From the NCBI GenBank assembly GCA_951804945.1, contig OX638156.1, positions 33,914,001 to 33,978,000 on the forward strand: a DNA stretch of 64,000 bases. The letters run 5' to 3'. The DNA comes from Podarcis cretensis. Lineage: Eukaryota. A program made the translations under genes and the position numbers. Under the pieces are notes generated by a model that was given only the letters and a program-made list of their open reading frames with translations, did not search any database and had not been told where the DNA came from. Numbering within the stretch: the stretch's first letter is position 1; the number at the start of each line of letters is the position of its first letter. Of this stretch, positions 1 through 10,629 are shown one piece after another.

Positions 1-580
1 CTAGAGAGAGATGTTACTCTCCTTCTCTCATAACGTGTTAATTCAGGACCACAAAACACATCCGTAACACACACAAATGAGATACTTCATTCTGACACAG
101 GACATGGTTAACTAATGGCACTGAAGCAGACGTGGGGAAGTTTTTTCCAGTCTGAGGGCCACATACCATTGTGAGAAACTTTCTGGGGGAGGGGGCACAT
201 GCTAGTGGTGGGTGGGGCCAGAGGTACCTACAGACCCAGCCTCCAATACTCACGGAGCTGTCAAGAAAACAAACTTCAGCTCCTTCAGAAGAGGGATTCA
301 AGCCATATTTGCTTCTTGGGCACAGGAGCTCCCTGCTTCCCCTTATCCCATTCACACAACACAGAAATACAGGATCTTTGCACAAGTAACAGGTCAAATG
401 CTTAGCCCTTCCATAGGTATGTGCACAGGGTTTGCTGGGTGTGCCCTGGCACATCCTGTTCTAAAAACTGTGGATTGTGGCAAGGAGAAGAGGGTACGGA
501 CCAGGGAAGAGGTGGCTAGTGAGAGAGGAAGGCAAAAGGCAGCAGGGGGAGGGAAGCAGCCAGAGAGATGCGGGCAGAAT

Positions 581-777
581 AAAAAGGCTAGAATGGATCT
601 GGAGTGGATCCTCAGCTTCTGCCTGCGTCCATTTCTGGAAGAGGTGGTGGGGTGATTGACTCTGGCAGTAGCAGCAGTAAGGGAAGAGGAGGGGCTGCTG
701 TTTCTGGAGCCAATCACCCCACCATCACTTCCAGAGATGGACACAGGCAGAAGCTGCAGATCCATTCCAGTGTTTTT
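581..777. repeat. Long imperfect inverted repeat (palindromic MITE-like)
   Basis: 599-662 is the reverse complement of 707-770 with 8 differences in 64 nt; short loop with extra cagcag/ctgctg pairing. Confidence 0.8.
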
Positions 778-1530
778 CCTCTGCCTATATCTGTCTCATG
801 GCTGTCTCCATGTGAGGTCCACTCATCACCTTTTGTGGAGAGAGATGGGTGGGGGTGTGGAGCTGCTTTTGTAGTGCACAAGCAAGGAGGAGGAGGAGGA
901 GATACCACCCTGGCCCTGGCCCTCCTGATCTGCCCTGCCTCTGGTCAGCTTAGCACTGGTCTTTTTCTCTGGAGGGAAAATCTCTTGTTTTGGCTTTTTT
1001 ACCTCTTGTGATATGGTTGTTTTGTTAGTCTTTTGCCTTTTTAACTTTACCATTTTTTTATCTTGTCCTTTCTTGAAATAATTTTTTAAAAATATTCCCT
1101 GGATGTGCAACCCAACAAAATGTGCTGTGCATGCCTGTCAGCCCTTCCGTAGTCTCCATACTTCAGTGTCCACACTTCCTTTTACACAATGTATCACATG
1201 GCATGGTATAATAAAAAAAAGGCTTGAATGGTTGACTGGTCAAATATTGTTATATTTTGCTCAAGTATTTTTTAAGAAAATGTTTTTAAAGAAATAGCAT
1301 TATCACCTAACCCTTTGCAAGGGGTAAATTCTTTTGCAAAATATGTCCCAATCCCATTTCAGCTCATCCCTGACACCAGTCATTAGTAGAACCAGTGAGT
1401 AATTCAAAATTATTTGAAGCACTCTGAACATACAAAGGGCAGAGACTTCCACAAGTGACCCTTTCTGTGACGTTTACTGCAGGACCCATTTCCACAATGC
1501 CTGAACCCCCTACCATGCATCCACACTCAC

Positions 1531-2320
1531 CGTATTTAATCTCCGGAGAGTATACATCATTCGCATTCCCAGAATGCAATTCGGTCACGCAGCAATCACT
1601 GCTGCTGCTGCTGCTGCTGCTGCTTGTCGAGGGTGGTGTCAGAGCATTGGAGAGCGACTGGTTGGATTGGGGAGGAGCCGGTAGGGTCTGGGGGGTCTGG
1701 CAGGTGCAGCCGGTTTGTGAGAGGCCACAGGATTGGCTGGTGCCCAGGCGAAGGCACTCTTCGAGCCAGCGGCACAAGATGCTGCAGGTGAACTGGCTGG
1801 AGTTGTTGTTGTTGATCAGGAGGACTTCCACGAAGCGGAACTCCACAGCCTCGGGGGGCAGGAGCCGGGTGGCCGCTTCGGGTTCCTCTGCCAGGCACAG
1901 CTGCACAAAGTTCTTGTCGAAGTGGAAAAAGGTGAAGGGGCCCCCTCCCTGGCACAGCTCCAACCTGACCTCCCCTCCGTCTTCCTCCTCTTCTTCCCGG
2001 GTTGAGGCTGTCACTTCTGGCTGGCTGCAGGTGTCGTTGGAGAGGTAATGGTCCAGTGGCAGCACCATGGGCGAGTAGTGGGTGCAGACCTGCTCCTCCC
2101 GGTTGAACCTGAGGTACAAGGAGTACTTGGTGGGGTCGGGGTTCTCCAGGGTCCACGAGCAGCCAGTGGAAACGGTGGGGAAGAGGTCCTTCAGTGAGAA
2201 GGAGCCGTAGAGAACCCCGGAGGCCAAGGCGGAGCAGGCGCTGGGAGCTGGGTCAAAGCCCCGGGACAGCCACAGGAGACACGATATCACAGACAGTAAG
2301 AGTGGTCCAGCAGGGTTCAT
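1531..2320 (-). CDS. ADGRB2: Adhesion G protein-coupled receptor B2 (BAI2), first coding exon (partial CDS: signal peptide + N-terminal extracellular domain); exon spans 1531-2335
   Basis: Translation [73 protein letters not shown]...[11 protein letters not shown]...[19 protein letters not shown]...[17 protein letters not shown] matches the human BAI2 N-terminus as I recall it ([18 protein letters not shown]...MRYG). Acceptor: pyrimidine tract + AG at 2337-2336, then GGCAAATGTCATAGG ATG. Donor: TAC G|GTGAGT at 1531/1530 (phase 1). Confidence 0.95.
1601..1624 (-). repeat. Coding (AGC)8 microsatellite encoding poly-Ser in ADGRB2
   Basis: (gct)8 on plus; reads ...[16 protein letters not shown] in the exon frame. 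Confidence 0.85.
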
Positions 2321-2558
2321 CCTATGACATTTGCCCTTAAAAGAAGAAAAAGAAGAGTTTAACTGGGGGAAGAGTCTTAACCCTGGAATCTATTTTCAAA
2401 GTTGCAAGTCTAGGGTTGTTCAAATTTGACAATTTTGGTTTCTTCCGCTTAGCAATTTTCCAGTTCATTTCTCCACATTTTCACACCAGTTTGCAGATTG
2501 TCTTTTTTAATGTTCTTATGGAAATTTGGCAGCATTTTGCTGCCGATTTCTCCTAATA

Positions 2559-2756
2559 CACTGGTACACTCCGCTAACCCAGAAATAGTACCCCGAGTTA
2601 AGAACTTTGCTTCAGGATGAGAACAGAAATTGTGCTCCAGTGGTGCAGCGGCAGCAGGAGGCCCCATTAGCTAAAGTGGTGCTTCAGGTTAGGAACAGTT
2701 TCAGGTTAAGAACAGACCTCCGGAGTGATTTAAGTACTTAACCCGAGGTACCACTG
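2559..2756 (+). mobile_element. Tc1/mariner-type MITE, internally deleted copy
   Basis: TA flanks on both sides, right TIR ...acccgaggtaccactg, internal cttcaggtta repeats. The left end is fused to the interior by a deletion. Confidence 0.8.
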
Positions 2757-3269
2757 TATACATGCCCTTCTTTGTAGTTTGGCCTTATATACACATTTTT
2801 GCAAATGAAATTTCACTTATATAATGCATTTGTGGTATGTTATTTTCACATGCATTTTAATGCACACTTGCATATGCAATTTCATACACATTGAGTGGCT
2901 AGAGAACCACATTGAAAAATTCAAAAAAACCATGAATTTTGAAGGGTTGCTATGTTTCAGAGAATTTGAATTAGACAGGATTGCCCATAAATTCGCAGTG
3001 AATGGAATTTATCTCCCACCCCAAGGCCTGCAACCCAGCCCTGAAACACAGGAAGCTGAAGGTGCAAAAGGGGGCTAGAGCTGAAAAACAATGGTCAGGG
3101 GTGGGCTGCGCTTTCTGCTAACCCTGGAGCCACAGCAACTGGCAGGCTGTCCTTAGAGGGGAAAAATCCCAACTCTGGAGAAAGGCTGTGGCTTTGGGGC
3201 AAGCTGGAGCCTCGCTGTCTGAAATGTAACAATGGACAGAATTGTCAATTTTGGTTCTTCTTGGCTTGC

Positions 3270-3344
3270 CATTTTACCAAGCTTAGGTTCAGGTTGCCCA
3301 ATATGTTGGGCATTTTACCAAGCTTAGGTTCAGGTTGCCCAATA
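3270..3344. repeat. 34-bp perfect direct duplication with 7-bp spacer
   Basis: cattttaccaagcttaggttcaggttgcccaata at 3270-3303 and 3311-3344. Confidence 0.9.
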
Positions 3345-4297
3345 AGGAATATGCATTCCTTCCCGCATACATATTTTTGTACACAACTATTGCACAATAC
3401 TTATAATTATTATTAATTGATTCCTAGGCCACTTAATGCCCAGACGGTTTCTAAGCAGTTTAACAAGACATAAATACTGACTGCACAATGTTGTTAAAAT
3501 ACAGAAGAATTGAAAACACAGCATATTTAAAACAATAGAATATACCCATTAAGATATTACTATAAAACTGATCATTATTAAAATGTGTGATAAAACAGCC
3601 CCATTAAAGCAACACATAGGGGCACTGTGGCTATTGGCACTTTTTCTGTTTGTTTGAGGGGTGTGCATTTTGAAGGGCAGTGGTGTTTTGCTTTGTGTTT
3701 TGGCTTGGGAAGTGCAAATGAGGCATAATTGCATTAAATGTGAACGAAATGAATTCTCTCCATCCCTCCAGGAATGCAAGGAGCAGGGAGAAAGACCAGA
3801 ATGTGCCAGCAAGAGCAGGGTCTCTCCCCCCCCCCCGCCATATTCAGATATCCAACTCTGTCTCCCTCCTAGATGACTCTGTGTAAAGTCTTGCTGGGCC
3901 TAAAATAACAGCATCTTTAGTTCATCATTATTACTGATGAAAAAACCTCCAAGCATGTGTAAAGTGCATTTTGCTCACAGATGAGCAACAGAAGCCAAAT
4001 GTCTGCCTCCTTCAACCCCCATCCCCCAAACACACACACAAATGTATATTGGAACCACATTTCACACTCACCCCCCCCCCCCCCCATGTATTTTTACACT
4101 GCAAAAACGGTAAATGCACCCCACCCTCTGAGATGGCTGCCTGTTGTTTCTCTGTACAAGCCTCTTGTCTCAGCTTGCCTCTTTCTGGTCAGGAAATATG
4201 TAAAGGACAGTGACTTTTGCAAAGACAACTAGGAATTTGCCCCTGGATGCTTTGAATTGGGGTGCCTGCCTATGACTAATTGCTGAGCAATCATAGG

Positions 4298-4662
4298 TAA
4301 AGGTAAAGGTAAAGGTACCCCTGCCCGTACGGGCCAGTCTTGACAGACTCTGGGGTTGTGCGCCCATCTCACTTAAGAGGCCAGGGGCCAGCGCTGTCCG
4401 GAGACACTTCCGGGTCACGTGGCCAGCGTGACATCGCTGCTCTGGCGAGCCAGAGCCGCACACGGAAACGCCGTTTACCTTCCCGCTGGTAAGCGGTCCC
4501 TATTTATCTACTTGCACCCGGAGGTGCTTTCGAACTGCTAGGTTGGCAGGCGCTGGGACCGAGCAGCGGGAGCGCACCCCGCCACAGGGATTCGAACCGC
4601 CGACCTTTCGATCGGCAAGCCCTAGGCGCTGAGGCTTTAACCCACAGTGCCACCTGCGTCCC
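4298..4662 (-). mobile_element. Sauria SINE, full length
   Basis: tRNA-like head (gggacgcaggtggcactgtggg...ggttcgaatccc), (ACCTTT)n tail, 14-bp TSD tgagcaatcatagg at 4284-4297 and 4666-4679. Confidence 0.92.
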
Positions 4663-4675
4663 ATATGAGCAATCA

Positions 4676-4787
4676 TAGGGTTGCCATATTTCAAAAAGTG
4701 AAAATTCTGGACACAAAAGTTGTTGAGCTGCTTAAGGGGGCTGAATATCGGCTATGTCCAGAAAATTCCAGACATATGGCAACCCTA
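4676..4787. mobile_element. Short hAT-like MITE
   Basis: 14-bp perfect TIR tagggttgccatat / atatggcaacccta; no clear TSD. Confidence 0.7.
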
Positions 4788-5789
4788 ATATTATCATATA
4801 ATGATACATTATGCGGTACTGCCCCTCTGAGGACTGTGCCACTTCAGATAGCAAGTGAGAGACAGCATGACTGCATACTCTCCAAGGAAGGGGTGAGGGG
4901 CACTCAGAAAACTAACATGGCAAAAACAACATGAGGCTAGCTCCTTTCTCCCTGATTTCCTTTAGGGAATGTTTGACCAGGGGATGGGGAGAATCACACA
5001 CATAAAATGCTCCACATCCACCTCCATCTTCAAGAGGTACAATCCCAGGAGGACTGTACCACATGATATTTTCTTCTAGCTGTGGATCAACCTTAAAAAC
5101 AATTAACGCAATTCCTTGCTAGAATTTCCTTCTTTGTGGTAAAGGAGGTATGACTTTGCTACCTGCCCAGATGGGTATCATTGCAGTCACCTCCTTCCTT
5201 GCCACTGCTCCAGCATCAAAACTGAAGCATGAAGGAGGTCAGTGTGATCTGAAAAGCATGCAAGCCTAGGCTTCTAAACACCAGTTAGGCAAACTGCAGA
5301 GACCATAACATAGTTTCTCAGACACCACTCCACCAAACGGTTTGGGGAGTGTCGTCTCTTCTGTACAGAGGAACAACCCATTTACACTCACCCTCTAGAA
5401 TTCTCTTCTCTCCCCCCCCCACCCCGCCCCACCCACTTGCCGCATTTTCGTTTTAATCTACCAAGCCGTTAAGTGCGAACAAGCTGGCCACGGGTAAGTG
5501 CTGTTTATGGAGTCATAAAGAGCCAGACCTCAGCCTCATAAAGCCTGCAGGATGTGGAGTCGGGAAGCTGAGAGGTTTCCCAATCCAGGGAGGGAATATG
5601 GAAACCCAGCAGAATTCCCAGCTGCACCAAAGAGAGGAAATGGCTGTTGAAAGAAGCATTTCCAGTGCCAGGGCACCAGCATAAAATCATTTTTCAGGAG
5701 GAAGCACCAGAGTTGCCTTAAATGTCTGGGTACCCAGCTCCTCTGATTTTTCTGCCCTGAGAGTCCGTGTGCAAAGTCCATCAGCTAAA

Positions 5790-6180
5790 GAACAAAAGAA
5801 TAGCCTGCTGGATCAGGCCAAACCATCCAGGCCAGCATCCAGTTTTCACAGTGGCCAACCAGATGACTATGGGAAGCCCCACAAACAGGACCCAAGCACA
5901 ACAGCGCTCTCCCCTCCAATGGTTTCCAGCAAACATGTTTTCAGAAGCATTCCTGTCTTCAGCTATGGATGCAGAAGATAGCAATCATGGCTAGTATCTG
6001 TTGATACTAGCCTTCTTCTCCATGACTTTGTCTAAAGGTTGGTAGCCTTCACTGCCTCCTGTGGGAGAGAGTTCCATAGTTCAACTATGCTCTGAATAAA
6101 AAAGAACTTTCTTTTATTTGTCCGGAAACTTTTCTTTCTCCAAGCCATGTACTTCTCCCATGTCACCTCTCACTTGCCTT
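5790..6180 (-). mobile_element. CR1-type LINE 3' remnant (related copies near 8210-8420, 9350-9615, 37535-37780, 39070-39300)
   Basis: Recurrent ctgctggatcaggcc...cacagtggccaaccagatg...ttccagcaa motif shared among several dispersed degraded copies. Confidence 0.55.
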
Positions 6181-6781
6181 GCTCCTCCAAAGAGGGCGCG
6201 GGGCTCAAGTTCAGGAATTCCATCATCTAGGGCCACAACTCATGCTGCCCCCTGTGCAGACACAAAATGAGAGCCAGGCTAGAGTTGCCTCTTCACCCCA
6301 AGAAAGATAAAAGGTGAAATCCGCAGAGTCTGCTGGCTTGATGAGATACCCAGCAACTGCAAATTGTGGGAACTGCAAAATTGTGGGAAATTGTGGCAGG
6401 GAGGGGAAGGGAGAAAAGAAAAAAGAATTAATTCCAGTGAGGAGGAGATGAATTGGATACAATACAGGCTTCTCACCTTTTAACTGTAACGGAAGGTGCA
6501 TGCATGCAAAAATTACCACTTGAAATTATGGAACTTGTGTGGTGTGATTGAGCCAGAGCATTGTGCATGGAGTGGTGGTGGTAGGGGCAGCAGAGTCTAG
6601 AGAGGCAGAGAGGGCAACCCCTACGCCCAAAAGAAGCAGGCAGAGTTGCAAGGAGAGCCAGGCCTATGGAATCCTGAACCCATATCTCAAACCAGAATGA
6701 TTCATTTGCCAAACAGATTATTGGTCCAACTAGAAAGCCTGGCTCAGCTTAACACACCCAGACACCAACACGCAACCCCTT

Positions 6782-6918
6782 TTAGCTCAGCTAGTAGAGT
6801 GTGTGACTCTTAAACTGAGGATTGTGAGTCTGAGTCCAAGATAGGGTAAACAGATTCCTGCACTGCAGGGGATGGACTAGATGACCCTCGTAGTCCCTTG
6901 TAGCTCCACAATTCTATC
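6782..6918 (+). mobile_element. tRNA-head SINE with CR1-derived tail
   Basis: A-box-like tagctcagctagtagag, tRNA-like body, then gattcctgcactgcaggggatggactagatgaccc, the same tail as the CR1 3' ends in this window. Confidence 0.6.
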
Positions 6919-7094
6919 GTGTCTACATTTGCATCTATGCATACACATGCACATCTTTGGGTCACACGGTGCTTGGGATATCACATAGGTTAGGCCAGCC
7001 TCTGCCTCAGTTGGTGTTACAAGCCACTCCAGTAGGTCTGCTACAAATCGAATCTGGTATTGTGTCCAGACCTGAAGGGCTCCAGCTCTGTATT

Positions 7095-7650
7095 TATTGT
7101 TTTATTTGTTTTATTGCCTTTATACCCCACCTTCCATCCGAAGAGCTCAAAGAGCACGGTTCTCTTCAACCCTTTTTATACTCACAACAACCCCATGAGA
7201 GCCAGACTAGGCTTGAGAGACTGTGAATGGCCCAAGGTTATGCAGTGAACTTCATGGCTGAGCAGGGATTCGAACTCCCAAGTCTTTTTATAGATTTTTT
7301 TATTTTTCCAAATCCTTCATTATTTTATTGACATAATATACATTCTTTACAGCAAACAACTCCAAAATAAGCAGACAACTCCAAAATAAAATCATATCTA
7401 ACAAAACTGTAAATCTCATGTTTTCATTTACCCTGATCTCCTCTCCGATACTTTTACTTGATATTTCTTGCTGCTTTCTGCTTTCCTTATAGAATCTTTA
7501 TAAAAATTTAAATCTCTTAAATCCTATACCAGTCTTTAACAATTTCAATTAATCCCTTCACCTCCCTCCCCCACAACCCAGTACTTCCCTCCACCCGTGT
7601 GCGAACTCCCAAGTCTTAGTCCAACATTGAAACCACTGCACCACACTACT
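7095..7650 (-). mobile_element. MIR/CORE-like tRNA SINE interrupted by the L1-like insertion
   Basis: cacaacaaccc...gcccaaggt...catggctgagcagggattcgaac resumes after the insert as agtccaacattgaaaccactgcaccacact. Confidence 0.6.
7287..7601 (-). mobile_element. L1-like 3' fragment inserted into a SINE
   Basis: T-rich end on plus (A-rich tail on minus); 16-bp TSD cgaactcccaagtctt at 7271-7286 and 7602-7617. Confidence 0.7.
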
Positions 7651-9009
7651 TTCTTTCCTCACCACTCAACCCACCCAATCAAAATAATCCCCAAAGCAGC
7701 ACTGAACCAGAGGCTCTGGCAGTCCACTGTCTCTGCGAAGCCCTCAGCTCCTCAACAAACTATCACGCTCAGCCTGCACCTGCTATGTTGCTACTAGGCA
7801 GTGGCGAGCGGAAATAGCCCGGGGAGCGTAAAAGAGGGTGTATCCTGCACACAGGAGCCCCACAGAAACAGAAGCACCTCTCCTTCTAAATTTAGAGCTG
7901 AAAGGTAGTTCCTGACACTGAGACAAATGAGCTGCTGTCAAGGAGGCAGCCACGTTGGAAAGTGTGCATGCAAGCATGGGAAATAAGCAGTGTGGGAGCA
8001 GAGCAGACCTCCCTTACCTAGCTTAGTTGGCCTTCAGGGGGACGGAGGCGAAGTCAGAGCAAGGCTGGGGTATCTGAGGCCCTTCCAGATGTTGTTGGAT
8101 TCCGACTCCCAGGACAGCCAGTGGACAGGGATGCTGGGAGTTGGAGCCCAGCAACATCCAGAGAGCCAGACTCCCCATCCTTGAATTAGGGAGAAAGAGA
8201 GGCAGGGAGCATAGGTCTATTAATGACTATCAGTCATGATGAGAAGTCAATAGAACTTCCATGATCTGAGGCAGTGTACCTCTAAATACTGACTGCTAGG
8301 GAGAAAACAACAAGAAAGGACTCTTTTCTTCATGGTCTTCTTGGGGCATCTCGAGTAAGTTGTCAGCAGCCAAAAGGGCTTTGTGGCCAGATCCAACAGG
8401 GCTTTTATTTTGTTCTAGTGCTATGAAGATGATCCCATCAACAGGACTTGAGCAGAAGGGTATTAGTTCTCAGGAGCACAACTTGGTTTTGAATGACTGA
8501 TGCCAGCTTTTAAAACATTAAACAATAAGGGAAATGATGTAATTGTGAAACATAGAGTGTCTCCAAACATGTCCATGTTCCCTTATGGATTAGAGGAACC
8601 ATAGCCAGACCTTTTGGACTTGTGGGGAGATAAAATGCTGTGCGTGGAAGGCCCAATTCAACATCCCTCAATGTGGTTCCAAAATTATCCGTCCCACCAC
8701 AATCCTCTCTGGATTGGTCATTGTGGGACCTGGCACCACATCAAAGAAAGGTGGATTTGTCCAGGATCTGATTCCCTAAACTTAGCCCCTTAGGAAGAGA
8801 CTGTGACGCTTGTGTTCTTGGAGGAAAAACCATCACACTGCTGGCAATGGAACAGATGTGAAATAGCAGCACAGGCTGCCATTGTGTAACCGTTCACATA
8901 GCAATCGTACATCTTACATTCCAAGCCTGCTGCAAACTTGCCCTGCCTTGCTCCACATCTTCAAGCACTGACTTTGAATTTTAGATATGTGTCAACAGGG
9001 AATTATAAA

Positions 9010-10629
9010 TGTTAAGGGTTGTGATAGAGATTTCCCCTGCTATGCCACCTGTTCCTGCTAAGCATGTAGAGAGAGATATTTTTCTTCTGTGGTCACACTC
9101 TGGTCCACCCCTCAACCTGATTTCTCCCTATAGACACAAATTAACGGCTGCATCTTGGTTCAAGGACAGGAGCAAGGGGATCACTTCTCCTTTATTGGTC
9201 AGGCAATCTAATTAATCCTTGGAGGGTCTTTTAACGAACACCTTGACTTCAGCTCAGGGGTCAATGGAGCTGTGGCAGGCTTGTTACCCTGAGCTGTGTG
9301 CTTCCCCACAATTAATAAGACACAACAGCACAGACACAACAACTTGCTGTCGCAGGAGGCAGCAATGGTCACCAACTTGGGTGGCTTTAAAAGAGGAGAG
9401 GACAAATTCATCAATGGATACTAGCCATGTTGGCTATGCTCTGTCTCCACAGTCAGAGGCGTAAATACTTCTGAATACCAGCTGCAAGAAACCACAGAAG
9501 GGGAGTGGCTTGTGTTCTCAAATCCTGCTTACAGGTTTCCCACAGGAATCTGGTTGGCCACTGTGAGAACAAGATGCTGGACTAGGTGGGCCACTGGCCT
9601 GATTCAGCAAGTTCTCCTAATGAAATAAGAATCAATACATCTAGAACTGGGGTGAAGGGCCTCTGTCCTGAATGCAGCCTTATAGCCGTCAGGGGTCTCC
9701 GCAGGCCATTGGGAAAAGGCCATAGCTTCGGGGCAGAGCACATGCTTAGCATGCAGAAGTTCTCAGATTCTTGGTGCCTCAAAGTACTGATGGGAAAGAC
9801 TCCTGCTTGAAACCCTGGAGAGCTTGATGGACCAATAGCCTGACTATAGATGGACCAATAGCTTCTTGTGGTCCTATGCCCACTCGTCCAGGCTGTCACC
9901 CTCACTGGCCCTGCTCCAAGTCCTGTTTGAGCACTTTTGCCTGGAGAGGATTTGTCCTTGACCCTGTCATGATGCCTGCTTGGAAGAAGAGAAGATGCTG
10001 AATATGGGATGTGATCCATGAGAGGCAGTCAAGTACAACATTCCTTGTAATGCTAGAAAAGACATGCGAGGGAAAATTTGGTCCAGCCAGTCGAAATTTC
10101 CTGTTCCTCCTGGCTGGAGCCTCCTTCCTTTTGTATGTGATAGAAGGTGGGCATGACCTAACCTGTCTAGGTAACAAAAGGATGAGTCATGCAGCACCTC
10201 CTCTTTCTTTTTGACTTTCTTCTTCGTTTGAGCAGCTTTTAGCTAGAACTGCTCTGTTAGCTCTCAGCTAGCAGAAGCACTGGGATTATTCCCCCATAAG
10301 GGGTAGATCCACATGTACATATTTGTAATTAAGTCTGCTTTCAGAGATCCAACTGTGAACTGATGTAAGTAAACTTCTTTTATTGACTTTGAATAAGATT
10401 GTGGCATCTTTATTCTTTTAAGAAGGATTCAGTGGAACTTACCAGGAACATACAATTCAATCTGAGACAGACTAAACTGTATAATAGTGAGAGGCTCACA
10501 CGAGACTGCAACCAGCTATCTGCTGTGCATCTAAAAAGGGGGATGTAACTCTGCTAAGTAAAGTAACTTACTAGCGCAAGTTAGGAAGGATATTAATAAA
10601 CAATATATCCTCTCCTGCCACCCTGAACA
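9010..10629 (+). mobile_element. Possible degraded LTR interrupted by CR1/SINE insertions (about 9350-9880)
   Basis: TGTT...AACA ends, with a TATA-like and agtaaa polyA-like layout in 10170-10380. No matching TSD found. Confidence 0.3.

Noticed and set aside
1364-1530. ORF-track extension of ADGRB2 past KYG (ECGCMVGG...WCQG*) as a secreted short isoform
   Set aside because: It follows a canonical GTGAGT donor, similarity to BAI2 stops there, and I saw no nearby minus-strand polyA signal; treated as intron read-through.
1455-2156. Overlapping ORFs of 197 aa (+) and 186 aa (-)
   Set aside because: Shadow frames of a GC-rich coding exon.
4389-4400. RE1 right half-site (CGGACAGCGC on minus) in Sauria SINEs
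   Set aside because: No left half-site at a usable spacing; it is part of the SINE body.
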